Assembly (NCBI GenBank): GCA_951406725.2
Contig: OX597827.1
Coordinates: 47,926,001 to 47,990,000 of the forward strand
DNA length: 64,000 bases
Source: Octopus vulgaris
Lineage: Eukaryota
Direction: 5' to 3'
Positions 1-14,095 of this stretch are shown here, piece by piece (position 1 is the first letter of the stretch; the number at the start of each line of letters is the position of its first letter). The notes beneath the pieces are model-generated. The model was given only the letters and a program-made list of their open reading frames with translations. It was not told where the DNA came from and searched no databases. A program made the position numbers and the translations under genes.

Positions 1-165
1 GTATTTCTGTTCACAATGACTTCAAATTTCCGCCTTGCAAGGGCTTTTTCTGGTAGGCGAGAATTCGAAATCACTATTGACAAACTCATCTTACAAGTAA
101 CTTACATTCTTTACATTAATTTATAACATTAATGTTGTTATTTGGAATGACTGTAATTAAAATGT

Positions 166-547
166 GTGGAGGCGCAATGGCCCAGTGGTTAGGGCAGTGG
201 ACTTGCGGTCATACAATCGCGGTCTCGATTCCCAGACCGGGCGTTGTGAGTGTTTATTGAGCGAAAACACCTAAAGCCCCACGAAGCTCCGGCAGGGTTT
301 GGTGGCGAACCTTGCTGTACTCTTTCTCCACAATTTTCTCTCACTCTTTCTTCCCGTTTCTGTTGTACCTGTAATTCAAAGGGTCAGCCTTGTCTTACCC
401 TGTGTCACGCTTAATCTCCCTGAGAACTACATTAAGAGTACACTTATGTGTGGATTACTCAGCCACTTGCACGCTAATTTCACGAGCAGGCTGTTCCGTA
501 GATCAGATCAGCTGGCACCCTCGTCATCGCAACCGACGGATTGCCAC
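166..547 (+). mobile_element. tRNA-derived SINE, family A (full length)
   Basis: Head GGCGCAATGGCCCAGTGGTTAGGGC (A box TGGCCCAGTGG) and GGTCTCGATTCCC (B-box-like). Body and 3' CGTCATCGCAACCGACGG end are shared with copies at ~10.9k, 23.1k, 52.3k and 56.4k. Confidence 0.85.
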
Positions 548-1681
548 CAAATAAAATGCACGTGTGTTTGTGTGTATGTAAAATAGCAAATTACAGTACT
601 ATCCTTGTTGCTCCTATATCATTTACACGAAAAATACTGATCGGGAGAATTGCTTGAGATGAATGAAATAATTTGAGGTGTCAATTGCTTTTGTGAAATC
701 AATATCATACAAGTTCGACTTCGTCTTTCATTCTTTCAAACGTCAATAAGCTAACTCTCAATCAAATACTAAGAGATTTTAATCGACCGTTCCCTTCCCT
801 GGAAACCTGTGTCCTTGCATCTGTTTTTAGACATCATTTTTTTTTTAAAGAGAACTTCATTACTACTCCTTTCATTCAATTATTATTAGAGTTGAGAATC
901 TATAGGGACAGATATTTAATGCCAAGCTTCACAGACTGCCAACTCATTATACTTGTTGGTTATTTATTTTGTACTGAAAAACCGATGTTTTAGACCTTGA
1001 TTTTTTTGTATTTTTCCATAAGATGAATTATTAAGTAGGAGATAGCAGCCTTAATTTAGTGGGCAACGAAAACTTTAATGAAAAGATATTTCACGAGTAA
1101 TAAAAAGAAATTAGATGTTGATAGTTCATATCTTTTCCCAGCATGCTATATAGCATGTGTGAAAATGAAATGCTAACATCTGGAGAATCGTAATTGGCTC
1201 ACAAATTCAAATGACTACCGAAATAACTTCCAGCCCTTCCTTTTCATTTGAACAACTACATACTAATTATTGATTAAATTGGTGAAAATTCTTCAGAGGA
1301 AGACTCCAAAGGGAGCGTTAACATTTTTCATCTGTAAATGACGAGCAGTGTTATGGCATTAATCAAATTTGGATAATGATCATTTGCCTTCAGCTGAAAA
1401 GTTTCCAAACTTATGAAATACAGATATTTGATTTTCCACCAGACTGACGAAGGAAATTTAGCCGGTTACTTTATTAGAAATATTAGCACTGGCTTGATTA
1501 AATAGGTTTGAAAATTTATGTTCGAAGATATATGTATATACAGAAAGACGTGGGTGAAACAGGGGAAGTGTATTTTGCCGGAACTCCCTTTAATGTTCAT
1601 ATTGATCTCTACTTAAATAAATACGTTCTTTCCCAATCCTCTCTATATACAGATATACGCAAATGTGTACATATATATATA

Positions 1682-2086
1682 GGCATAGAAGTGGCTGTGT
1701 GGTAAGTAGTTTGCTTACCAACTATATGGTTCCTGGTTCACTCCCACTGCATGGCATCTTGGGCAAGTGTCTTCTAATATTGCCTCGGGCCCACCAAAGG
1801 TTTGTGAGTGGATTTGGTAGACGGAAACAGAAAGAAGACCGTCGTATATATACATATATATATGTGTGTGTGTGTATGTTTGTGTGTGTATGTTTGTCCC
1901 CCCAACATCGTTTGATAACCGATGCTGGTGTGTTTACGTCCCCGTAACTTAGCGGTTAGGCAAAACATCCGTTGGAATAAGTACTAGACTTACAAAGAAT
2001 AAGTCCTGGGGTCTTTTTGCTCGACAAAAGGCAGTGCTTCTGCATGGCCACAGTCAAATGACTGAAACAAGTAAAAGAATAAAAGA
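1682..2086 (+). mobile_element. tRNA-derived SINE, family B, with internal (TA)/(TG) microsatellite
   Basis: GTGGCTGTGTGGTAAG A box, GGTTCA B box, CORE-like CTTGGGCAAGTGTCTT segment, internal microsatellite, 3' AAATGACTGAAACAAGTAAAAGA tail. More than 10 copies or fragments in the window. Confidence 0.9.
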
Positions 2087-2324
2087 GTGTATATACACTG
2101 TTCAAAGAGTTTTATATCTTCAGAAATTCTCCTTTTCCATCAGGGATTATTTCCTCTTCTAACCGTCGCTGTTCTGTTCTCGGTAGTTCTCAGTTCCATT
2201 CTTTCCGCCACAATCCTGCTAGTAGCCATGATAAGATTATTTGTTTGTCGACGTTCTTTGTTTCCATATGTCTCGATACAAATATATATCTATCTTTTTT
2301 TTCATTAATTTTTCTACTGTAGGA

Positions 2325-2365
2325 CTTAGTCGAACGAATCGACCCCTGGACTTATTCTTTGTAAG

Positions 2366-2447
<82 letters not shown>

Positions 2448-2551
2448 TGTGTGTGTGTATACACATACATATATACATACACATAGATAGATAGGTAGAA
2501 AGATAGATATCCCCATAACTTGTCGAACCGCTAAGTTATGGGGACGTAAAT

Positions 2552-2603
<52 letters not shown>

Positions 2604-2626
2604 GGATGTAGAAACGCACACACATA

Positions 2627-2667
<41 letters not shown>

Positions 2668-2706
2668 ATGTGTGTGTCGGTCCGAGGCTAAAGTAGAAGA
2701 AACTTC
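2325..2706 (-). mobile_element. Fragmented SINE family B copy broken by expanded microsatellites
   Basis: Collinear minus-strand pieces TTAGTCGAACGAATCGACCCCTGGACTTATTCTTTGTAAGCC, CGAACCGCTAAGTTATGGGGACGTAAA and GGTCCGAGGCTAAAGTAGAAGA, separated by (TA)n/(TG)n. Confidence 0.65.
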
Positions 2707-2780
2707 ATTACTTACAATTACCGGATATTTGTCTTCATCTTGCTTGTTGTTAACACGACTTTTCAGCTGATATACCCTCG
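2707..2780 (-). mobile_element. 3' tail fragment of family E (hammerhead-bearing SINE-like element)
   Basis: Reverse complement GAGGGTATATCAGCTGAAAAGTCGTGTTAACAACAAGCAAGATGAAGACAAATATCCG matches 44301-44338 and 24095-24145. Confidence 0.65.
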
Positions 2781-2849
2781 TGGCGCGCCTTGCTTCCTTC
2801 CTTTCGGGGTCGATAAATTAAGTACCACTGACGCACTGTGGTCGATGTA

Positions 2850-3680
2850 TTATTATTATTGTTTGTCGATTGCATCACTTGCTGCACCTCTATGTTGCTG
2901 GGGTGTGTGCTGCATTGCGTGTTCTTTTCTGCTGCTGGAAGTGTGCACACTCTTCTCGGTATTGTATTGGGCCAGTTTTAGTTTTCTCTTCAGGTGTGGT
3001 GCAGTCTTTTGTTTTATTTCTGCTTGAACAGTGTGTTGAGTGTGTATTGCTGATGGAAGTTTATTTCACTGGATAATTGCCGTTTACAGTGTGTCTTGTC
3101 TTTGAGCGTTGTTTTGTTTAGGTTGCACTATTGATCTGATAGTGTCTTTTTTAGGATGTGGGCTGTTCCTAGCAGGGTTATTTATTGGATAGTGTGTAGT
3201 TTTGAGGAGCCAGGTATAGCTTCTACGTTTTTGTTGATAGGTTTTTTATCATGCCCAATGCTCCAATTATTATTGGTATTGTTTTCACCTTCATGCCCCA
3301 CATCTTAAATACTGCAATTTCGAGATCTTCGTGCTTTGAAAACTCCTATTGTTTTTGGACAATATTTTGATCAGAAGGGACTGCAATGCCAATGTGTAAG
3401 CAAGTGTTTTTTTTTTTTTGCAATCCTTGATTATTATATCTAAGTGATTAGTTTTTATTTATTTCTTTGGTTTGAACAGGCAGATCCTAGAATATTGTGG
3501 TTTGTTCGTTGCCTTCTACCTTGTTTGGCACATGTTTATACCACCTATTGTCAGTTTTTATGTTGTAGCGTTGGCATATTGTCCAGTGGATATAATTACT
3601 TACTCGGTCGTGTCTGTATATACATAATCAGAATTGGCAAGGACTGGTCTTATTATTTCTATTAATATTTCTAGTCTTAT
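2850..3680 (-). mobile_element. Decayed 3' end of a Dong/R4-clade LINE (restriction-like endonuclease region and 3' UTR)
   Basis: Minus-strand translation with stops: DIIIKDCKKKTCLHIGIAVPSDQNI..SKHEDLEIAVFKMWGMKVKTIPIIIGALGMIK..IPGSSKLHTIQ*ITLLGTAHILKKTL. This is the typical R4/Dong C-terminus. Flanked by (TAA)n at ~2850 and 3680-3748. Confidence 0.8.
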
Positions 3681-3684
3681 TATC

Positions 3685-3748
<64 letters not shown>

Positions 3749-4125
3749 GAAATGGCCATCGAATTAGGCACACGATATCGTATCATCTTGAACCCTAATT
3801 ACGTAACATTCTATCAAGCGGAGAGAATTATAAAACTCTGGATAAACCTCTATTTTCAAATCATATTTAATAAATGTAACTTCAAAGATTTTCTTTTACA
3901 GAATAACCTGTCATGTTTAAATTAGGTGAGCCTTTGATACACACATTAAATTTAGGGCACCGTGTCTTGTAATAAAATGTTCAGCATGCCATCCTTAAGC
4001 ATTTACGATACAAATAACCCAATCTAGTGATCAGAGAGAAGGCTTTTAAATCAATCAAACGTGACATAATTACAAAGATATCTCTTTGTGATTCTAGTCA
4101 TGTTTGTGATTAGCATGTGGTCCTT

Positions 4126-4730
4126 TCAATGAGTAATTCTTTGTAATTGAAATACCAGAAGTGGTGCGCAATACAATGCATGAATATCACGGTTGATGAC
4201 ACGAACGACAATAATAGCAATTCCAACCAAGACGAGGAGAATAGCATCACATATATATTCGCAAATATGACAAAAGAAAATAATAACCTTCGTGTATTTT
4301 ACACTACGACGAAATAAAACAAGGAAAGCAATGCAAGGGATTAAGGTGAATAGAAAATAGCAGTTTGAAATAACTGTTATGAGCATGCATATCAAATTTA
4401 AATATCGCGAAGGAACAGAACTCTGTATGATATGCATTACGTCATATGCAACAGAACATGCTAGTAGTAAGTCCATCAACATCCATATCATAAAAATTGC
4501 GTCTAATAGAGTAAAATCAAAACAAACAATTCGTGACAAAATTTCGAGCAGAAAACAGACACACACAATTGCTAACGTCAATAAATGTCACGAAAAGCTA
4601 TTAAAACATAAATTGATAGCTCTTGGACGACAAATGTATTCGTGAGTTGAATGCCTCATCAAAGAGTGATTTTTCGTGCATTGATGCATTGATAAGGTCA
4701 ACACGACAGAAACAACAATTATAAGCATAT
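4126..4730 (-). pseudogene. Multi-pass membrane (possibly 7TM/GPCR-like) coding relic
   Basis: 151-aa non-repetitive hydrophobic ORF (4126-4581). It continues upstream in frame across one TGA (MLIIVVSVVLTLSM...CFNSFS*HLLTLAIV). A DLL motif, then a Cys, then an Arg 26 aa later resembles class A TM2-TM3. Confidence 0.35.
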
Positions 4731-5098
4731 GCTAAAGCAAAATTAATAACGTTTGCTGCATAGAAAAGAGACAATCAGTGCTAGAATTTTCTAAAGAGAA
4801 TATAAATGTATCAAGTGATGCAGAAAGAAAGGAAATGACGCTTATCTGAGGTTAAGGAATCATTGTCATACAGATAATAAATGCATAAACACAAGCATAT
4901 GATCACCCGCGTTGCGTGCGTAAGATTAAAAAAACGCATACACGCACACACACACATATACACACACACACATATTTCGACAAACAATTTTGGTGTACAG
5001 CTATGCCAGCGCAGTTAAGAAGTTCGATTCAAAAATAAAATATGTTGGTTCATTCTGGGAACAGTCTAAATGCTCCAAATTTCCATTTTTTTCTATAT

Positions 5099-5510
5099 GC
5101 GCAGGAGTGGCTGTGTGGTAAGTAGCTTGCTTACCAACCACATGGTTCCGGGTTCAGTCACACTGCGTGGCATCTTGGGCAAGTGTCTTCTACTATAGCC
5201 TCGGGCCGACCAAAGCGTTGTGAGTGGATTTGGTAGACGGAAACGGAAAGAAGCCCGTCGTATATTTGTATACATATATATGTGTGCGTGTATGTTTGTG
5301 TGTCTGTGTCTCTCCCCCTAGCATTGCTTGACAACCGATGCTGGTGTGTTTATGTCCCAGTCACTTAGCGGTTCGGCAAAAGAGACCGATAGAATAAGTA
5401 CTGGGCTTACAAAGAATAAGTGCCGGGGTCGAGTTGCTCGACTAAAGGCGGTGCAATCAAATGACAGCATGGCCGCAATGAAATGACTGAAACAAGCAAA
5501 AGAGAAAGAG
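5099..5510 (+). mobile_element. SINE family B (full length)
   Basis: Collinear match to 1682-2086 and 60479-60887. Confidence 0.9.
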
Positions 5511-6007
5511 TCCGCAGGTAACCTGCTTCCCGTGATTGGAATTTTGGTACGTGCTCACTGTAGATAAGACAAAGATATTCCTACCTCCCCAACGCAAACG
5601 TCAATACAGACCATATACGTGTTTGTGTGTAAATACACATATATGTATTTGCACACACACATTTATATGCATATGTATACATTCTAACTTAGGAAGCTTG
5701 TTTGAATTAGTTCCCTTTGAAAACGTCGTAAGTGATGGACTTTGATGAAATTGCTATTATGTTAAACTGCTGTATATCCAAATTTATCCAATATTTTCAA
5801 TATTTATTTTTGCTTGAAATAGCTGGGGTTTTTTGTGGGGCGGGGGGTCAAACCATCGCATCTCCAGCAGTTTCAGATGCCAAGATACCAGAAATTGTCA
5901 AAGTGTAGTACAAAGGTTTAGCTATGGATTGGTAAAACTATTTTTTCGTTCACTGAAAAAGCAACGTTTTGGACTTAGACTTAGGACCGTTTTCCATAAT
6001 AACAATG

Positions 6008-6155
<148 letters not shown>

Positions 6156-7623
6156 GTCAGAGCAAGCAGGATATTAGGTCAGGTTAACCCAAACTTGAAT
6201 GAAAGAGAAAAGAAAATACACTGTATATATGTCAGATTAAAGTGAGATAACCACACAGAATAATATGAGAGTACATATGAATAATGCTGAGAAATATATG
6301 AGCATCGCATTTCTTCGGTCGAAATAGTTCTTCAATCGTCCGTAAAAATTAATGTATATTAACACTACAATTGTTTCAGATAATATGAATTTAACGGAGA
6401 ATATTTGTTATAAACACACATATGCGTACGTAAAAGCAATCATACATATGAACGCAAAAACACAGACTCTCCATCTCTCTCTCTCACACACACAAATATG
6501 CGCGTGTGGCATTTGCATATGCATATCTCTTATGCATATCAGTACATATGTATGTATAGGTATACACATATCAATATACACACATACATATCTGTATGTT
6601 TATATATGTATATATATGTATGTGTATGTATATGCATATATTTACTCACACACATATTTATATATACTTATACATATATGTACAAATATATACACATACA
6701 TACATACATGCATACATATTCTTACTTATACAATACATACAAATACATTGGTATAAAGAGAAGTTTTGAAAGAGGCATAAATATAGTTAATATATACACA
6801 CATATACACGAGTATTTTCTGGCAATTCGTGATGATATATGTAGCTCTTCGGTCTACACGTGTGTGTATATTTGAGGCTATACACACAGGTGTATGTGAG
6901 TGTTCCTGCGTGTATACGTGTAGGTATGGATCTATATATGTATATAATTGAAAACGGAGAAGAGAGTTGAGATTTATTCACATCCAAAAGTTTTTTATTA
7001 AACGGTTTCTACGGCATATATAACAATGAGCAGCATATGTTTCAAATGCAGCAACTGCACATTGCTCTCTATGTTAATTATGCATCCTAGTCGCTGCAAA
7101 TTCAAGGGACCAACAGTACGGGTTTTCACAGTGAACCAATTCAAACAAGCTTCCTGAGTTGGTATGTGCGCACGCGTTTTGTCGCGAGTGTGTGAGTGTG
7201 TGAGTATGTGTGTGTGTGTGTGTGTGTATGTGTGTGCGAGTATGTGTGAATGAGTGTGTGTGAATGAGTGTGTGTGCATGTATGCGTGTGTGTGTAGATA
7301 GAGATTCATAGATAAAGAGAGAGAGTGAGAGAAAGAAGGAGAAATATATACTTAGATAAAGAAATGTATATATATATATAGACAGATAGATATATTGACA
7401 TATACATGAAGATACACACATACACACACACACACACATAGATAAGATTTTCATACCCACATAGCAACTGCTGAGAGTGTTAGTCGGTATTTAGTGTTTG
7501 ATTCCGGTCTAAAAACTCAAAATTAATTCTACCGCGGTGATCCCACCATACACACAACTTAATCTTTCTTCAATGGAGCTCAGCCTTTGAGGCAACTTGT
7601 GGGGATATATCCCAATCAATTAC

Positions 7624-8021
7624 TCTCTTTTCTCTTTTACTCTTTTACTTGTTTCAGTCATTTGACTGCGGCCATGCTGGAGCACCGCCTTTAGTCGAGC
7701 AAATCAACCCCGGGACTTATTCTTTGTAAGCCCAGTACTTATTCTATCAGTCTCTTTTGCCGAACCGCTAAGTGACGGGGACGTAAACACACCAGCATCG
7801 GTTGTCAAGCAATGCTAGGGGGACAAACACAGACACACAAACACACACACATATACCTATATACGACAGGCTTCTTTCAGTTTCCGTCTACCAAATCCAC
7901 TCACAAGGCATTGGTCGGCCCGGGGCTATAGAAGACACTTGCCCAAGATGCCACGCAGTGGGACTGAACCCGGAACCATGTGGTTGGTTAGCAAGCTACT
8001 TACCACACAGCCACTCCTGCC
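7624..8021 (-). mobile_element. SINE family B (full length, young subfamily)
   Basis: Reverse complement is nearly identical to 60479-60887, including the diagnostic GCCCCGGGCCGACCAATGCC. Confidence 0.9.
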
Positions 8022-8369
8022 TTTTGCGTTGAACATTTTCATAAAAGACCCATTTTCTATCACTTATAATGATATTCTTGAGAAGCAAGTAATTTCTCTT
8101 CCTTGACAGAAGCATTATCGTTAGAGACATGCGATCTCTCCTATTCTTTTTCCTAAGAGTACGTGGAACTTGAACACCCATCTTGCTGACTTATCCTATC
8201 TCTTACGAGTATTGGCAGCTGGTGGTGACGTGTTGAGGTCAATTGCTAATTTCCGAGTAATTTTACGAGTATTGAGTTTCATTGAATTCCATTAATTCAC
8301 TCGAAGTCTGATAAGCATCGTGGTCTCAGTTGGTCTCTCAACGACAAAGCTCCGGAGCGATCTGTCTTT

Positions 8370-8515
8370 ATGTTCTGAGTTCAAATTTCGCCGAAGTTTT
8401 CTTTGCTTTTCATCCTTCCGGGCTCGATAAATTCAGTACCAGTTGAATACTGGAGCCGTTCTAATCGACTGGCCTCCTCCCCAAAAAATTTCGTGCCCTG
8501 TGCCTAGAGTAGAAA
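8370..8515 (+). mobile_element. SINE family C fragment
   Basis: GTTCTGAGTTCAAATTTCGCCGAAG..TTTGCTTTCATCCTTCCGGGCTCGATAAA matches the reverse complement of 24364-24591. Confidence 0.75.
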
Positions 8516-9425
8516 AAAATTACAAAGTTCCGGAGCGAAACTTTGATAACCAATTTCACACTTGCCATTCAGTAAAGAGTCCCTGGCCATAACCACTGCA
8601 TATTTTCTTAGTTGCTTCTGTAGTGTTTTATTCCATTCTCAAACACCCACATCACATTTAATCTCGGAAGCATTTTATCGGAATTTATGTCATACTATGT
8701 GTCACTGTGTCCCAGACAGGTTTGAAGAATGTTACATACACGAATGAACCTGTTTGAGCATTTACGAGATTAAACAAACTAAAATATAGGTAAACTTTCG
8801 AGTGTAAACCGATTTTGGAGCTACATATACATACATATATATATATATATATACGTCGGAACTGTTTATTTATTTTTTTTTGTTTTTGCAAATGTATCAA
8901 AAATTTCTTTAGTATGTAAACTCACTTATCAATGCACAAAGATAATCTATATTTGCCTGAATATTTACATCATCATACCACATCATTTTAGAATGTAAAA
9001 TTATGTGGCATGATGTCATTTACTTCAATAGATAGATTTAATGGCATGTTTACCAGTGACTGCTCATTCGAACTTTTTTGCCGTTACGAAGAAATAGTTA
9101 TTTCGTAAGACAAGCAATACATGTGCGCATTTGTTTTATCGCATTAATAATTCTTATAGGACAAACTTTTTACATAATACTTGCAATAAAATTTTCATAG
9201 AAAAGTACATTAACTTCAGACGTTTAATAGATAGTGGATACAAAAACATCACACACACTGGTACGGACGCACACACACACACCGAGAAACACACGCAATC
9301 ATACACTAACACAGGCGTAGATACCCAACACACATGCAAAATGCAAATACTGTCAGACATATGCAATAATGTACACTTGCAAACGCAAAGTTATATGAAT
9401 AAATGTGTGTATATATATGTGTGTG

Positions 9426-9474
<49 letters not shown>

Positions 9475-9508
9475 ACATGTATGTATATATGTATAAATTA
9501 TCACTATA

Positions 9509-9548
<40 letters not shown>

Positions 9549-9580
9549 CATGTATGTGTATATACATACATGTAAATATA

Positions 9581-9627
<47 letters not shown>

Positions 9628-10299
9628 ACATATATATGCATACATACATATGCGTGTGTCCGCGTGTGTTTATGTGAAAATGTGTGTATGTACACATATC
9701 TTTGTCTATATATAGGTATATATGTGTGTGTCCATTTGTGTGAGTATGCGTATGTGTGTGTATATGTGTGTGTCTGTGTGTGCACATATGTTCTAAGTAC
9801 TATGCTTCTTTATGCTCCGTGACCTTAGCAATTTCGCAGTAAATAAATATCTATGCAAATTCAGACACAATTATATAGTTGAATTGTAGAGGAGTGCCTT
9901 AAAATTAAGAGCCATCATCCAAGCATGGCTACATTATAAAATATGAAGCACGAAGGAGATTAACGTGATACACACAATGGTGCAGGCTTTCCCTAGTAGT
10001 AGAGAGCCTTCGTTTGCAACTATGTGTTCTCAGTCCCCTTGCGCGGGAAATTGGGTACTCGATCTCTAATATAGCCTCGCACCGACCAATTGTTTACCTG
10101 TAACTTTATTGATTGAGATGGTACTTAAGTTGAGGCAACAGAATTTAGTACGGTATTAGCCATACAATTTCAAAGTAAGGTGACAAAAATCAATATAGGC
10201 AACAAGGATATGCAGAGGTAATGCAGTACGATCGTTTCCTGCAAATCCATTTAATTGAACAATGCAATCATTACATCAATTTAAAATGAAGAGCAATCT

Positions 10300-10830
10300 T
10301 TAGCTGCACAAAAATATAGAGTTTAATTAAATTAGAACAGAAGGAAACTTTAGTATATTTATTCCCCAAATCTCCATGAAGTTAAGGAGGTAGACAAAGA
10401 ACATGCTGCCTCATTCCAGTTTAGATAACTTTGATAGGTTTCCACGCAGTATAAGCCCAGGCTAATAGCACCACCTGGTGTAGTCTTGTATTCATACATG
10501 GGAACCATGGCCCACTCTAGCAAACAGTTATTATTGTTGGAGACATATTCGCGTGTAGGAGGTTGGTCCTGAATTATTTGAAGAAATTTGTCCAGTGAAC
10601 TTTTGAATTTTATGAGATCCGTTTACGTTTTGACATATTTTAGTATGGTGTTAAAAAGGGCTGGACTGGTTAAGGTAAAGGGGTCGTGACGTAATGTTGT
10701 TATATGTCCTGAGTTTGATTTTTGTAGTTGGCGGATAGCATGGGATCATGTCTCGAATCGATTTTAAAACTGATGCCAACATCAATTGTGCAATATTGAT
10801 GGAACATATTACACATCACACAAATGAGAT
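10300..10830 (-). mobile_element. CR1-group LINE 3' end (post-RT C-terminus and 3' UTR), decayed
   Basis: Minus-strand translation TTLRHDPFTLTSPALFNTILKYVKT*TDLIKFKSSLDKFLQIIQDQPP..Y..NNNCLLEW resembles the CR1/Crack/Daphne ORF2 ending (GP.LFN.LP...FK..LD.FL..IPDQP). Confidence 0.7.
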
Positions 10831-10839
10831 GTATGTATG

Positions 10840-11265
<426 letters not shown>

Positions 11266-11309
11266 ATGAATATATGTGTGTGTGTATGTGTGTGTGTGTG
11301 TGCGCGTGT

Positions 11310-11646
11310 AATGTGTAATGGTGTCTGTCTATGTGTATGTTTGGAGTTACTTTAACTCCTTCCACACCGTCCAAACGATTTTAATGATTTTTGGCACATA
11401 GGTAGATCACATGCCATGAAGTTCAAAAGACGGCGGGAATTTTTCGAAAACTCCATAATGCTCAGTTGGCATCGATGTTTGAGAACTCAATCGGGCGTTT
11501 GACTGGAAATTCCCATAACGATAGATATAACATCTTAATGGGTAATAGTTGGCACGGGGAACGTAGAAGATATCAATACAAGGTCAGAGGTGAACTTCAA
11601 CACGGAAAACTCGAGCAACACGAGCAACATCGGGTCCAACAGCTTG
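11310..11646 (+). mobile_element. Non-autonomous Helitron-like element, decayed
   Basis: 5' (GTCT)-type repeat followed by CGATTTTAATGATTTTTGGCACATAGG. 3' CGAGCAACATCGGGT hairpin-like motif followed by CAGCTTG (degenerate CTAG end). Same layout as 53160-54199. Confidence 0.5.
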
Positions 11647-11810
11647 CCACTTAAGTTCGATATTTATATAACGATCTTATCTTTATTTATATAAATTTAT
11701 ATTTTTATTTCGTCATTATATTCACTGCGGTGATATATTTTACCATATCGCACGAGGAGTTTCAGGCGGGCAATTTAAACACTCGGCGTAATGAGGGAGT
11801 TCGCCCACCA

Positions 11811-11916
11811 CCACTCCAAGGATTTGCACGGCTATAGAAGACACTTACCTAATGTGCCACGCAGTTTTACTGAACCCGGAACCGTATGGTTGGGAGCAAG
11901 CTTCATACCTCACAGG
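11811..11916 (-). mobile_element. SINE family B 5' fragment
   Basis: GGCTATAGAAGACACTTACCTAATGTGCCACGCAG..CTGAACCCGGAACCGTATGGTTGG. Confidence 0.7.
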
Positions 11917-12355
11917 TTATATATATAGATTTTTATTTTTCACTTTAATCGAGAATCCTTTTGTAAACGGTAGCTTTTAAAGCACAACTATATTTTCTTT
12001 TCATCAACTATATAACATCACGTCTACTTGTTTCAGAATGATGACTGTTTTTAATATGTTTTGCAAAAATTTAAAGAAACATATCTACTTTACGACACGT
12101 TTGACGATCATTTGTATTTGTATCTTTAAGTAGTTTAAAAGAAGCAGTCAGATAGGAAGACAACATTCGCAGTTTACACGATTTTTTATTCGTCTAATCT
12201 AACTCTTATTCAACATAGACTTACATAATAATACTTCCGATAAGATTTTGCTAGCTATTTACATAGACATTGAATAGGTATAATACATTGCGGAAATGAA
12301 CATACAACCAACCTATGTATGTATATATAAATATATATATGACCCTATACACACA

Positions 12356-12418
<63 letters not shown>

Positions 12419-12473
12419 ATATAATATAAATATATATATATATATATATATTATGTATGTATATATAAATATA

Positions 12474-12515
<42 letters not shown>

Positions 12516-12845
12516 GCATGTAACACAAAGTGAGGTATGGAACAAGTGTGTGTAACTGATGATGTTAATGCACTTGTTTTATTGGATATTGTCCGACTTT
12601 TGTCACCCGGACCAGCTACATCAATGTTCGAAGCTTACTAAATTACTAACTTTCAACACTTTCCTATTAATGTAAACACATCAGGTTGATGTATTGAATT
12701 CCTCTGCCATGGTCACGCATGGAACCTTGTGGGTGGAGAAATGACCATACTCTCCATAATTAATCTCAAGCACTGCTATAAACAATTGAAGTGACTAATA
12801 AGGTTATATCTTAGTATACGAATAGTATTACTTATATAAATAGTA

Positions 12846-12957
12846 GAGGCGCAATAGCCCGGTAGTTTAGGCACCGGACTCGCGTTCGTGCGATCGCGGT
12901 TTCGATTCCCAGACCGGTCGTTGAAAGTGTTTATTGAGCGAAAACGCCTAAGGCTTC
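12846..12957 (+). mobile_element. SINE family A head fragment
   Basis: GAGGCGCAATAGCCCGGTAG..GGTTTCGATTCCCAGACCGG..TTTATTGAGCGAAAACGCCTAA. Confidence 0.8.
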
Positions 12958-13291
12958 AGGTTCGTGTGTCATATAGCTAGCTAGAAATCTTGTACCATGA
13001 TTTTTTTTATATCAAGACTTCTCATATACCCCTCGTATTTATATGTATGTGTGTATAGGTATATATATATCTTCAGACAATAGCTGTCTCAAGTAGTCGC
13101 CTAAATCGAGTGGGAAACTGATTGGTAAAATGAATTAATATTTACATTTCGCTGCACAGTAGATTTTGAAAAAGTTAGGACGCATAAACACGAGGCAAGT
13201 GGTTTTGATCGTCTCGTGTGTATATGTTTAACCCTAGGTGGGACTGCTGAAGAGGAATCACACCTATATGGTTGAAGTATAAATATCAATA

Positions 13292-13930
13292 AAGAATGGT
13301 GGTTCAACAATGCATCAATATCTACTGGAAAGAGCAGTCGATAATATACGACATTATAATAAAGCTTCATTGTATATACTGGCAAAGATGCGTTCGGGCG
13401 CGAAAATCAGAAATTTCATCTGACCCGGAGGAAGAACGTGAAGTAACAGTCCTAACCAGATGTCGATAATATAGTACCTTGATTTCAAACTCTTCAAGAT
13501 ACGTTTGCTAACGTAAACTTGATTAGTTCTCTTTTGCTAGATTTACCAGAACATAATTTCAAATGTTGCCACATCAATGGCATTATACTCGCTTAAACGC
13601 CTAACCGCTAACAGTTAGCGAGAATAGTGAAAAAGTTTACAAAGAAAATGTGGCATCATTTGTAATTTTGTTGTTGTAAATCCAGCTGAAGAGAACTAAT
13701 CAAGTTCACGTTAACAAACATATCGTGAAGAGCTTGAAGCCTAGGTCTTAGATTACCCACATCGGGGTTAGACATTTAAATCATTTTCTTCCTACATGTA
13801 AGATGAAATTTCTTATGGTCGCCGCCAACACACATCTTTGCCAGTATATACAGTGAAGCTTTCTTATAGCGTCGTATATTATCAACTGCTATTTCCGGTA
13901 AATATTAGTGCATTGTTCTACCACCATTCT
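13292..13930. repeat. Long imperfect fold-back palindrome (~285-bp arms, ~70-bp loop)
   Basis: 13292-13574 is the reverse complement of 13648-13930, e.g. GCTTCATTGTATATACTGGCAAAGATG / CATCTTTGCCAGTATATACAGTGAAGC and CTTGATTAGTTCTC / GAGAACTAATCAAG. ORFs 13101..13385(-) and 13838..14095(+) share N-termini. Confidence 0.85.
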
Positions 13931-13936
13931 ATATTT

Positions 13937-13987
<51 letters not shown>

Positions 13988-14003
13988 ATGTATGTATGTA
14001 TGT

Positions 14004-14043
<40 letters not shown>

Positions 14044-14056
14044 ATGTATGTATGTA

Positions 14057-14095
<39 letters not shown>

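Noticed and set aside
166-245. tRNA gene calls for SINE heads
   Set aside because: No proper acceptor stem, and each head is attached to a SINE body.
7802-8032. Recurrent 'protein family' ORFs (MSSNARGTNTDTQT..; also 49524 and 60449)
   Set aside because: Antisense readings of SINE family B; the similarity reflects the repeat, not coding constraint.
13681-13720. CTGAAGA-GAAC..GTTC as a hammerhead
   Set aside because: The required GAAA after stem II is missing in both palindrome arms.
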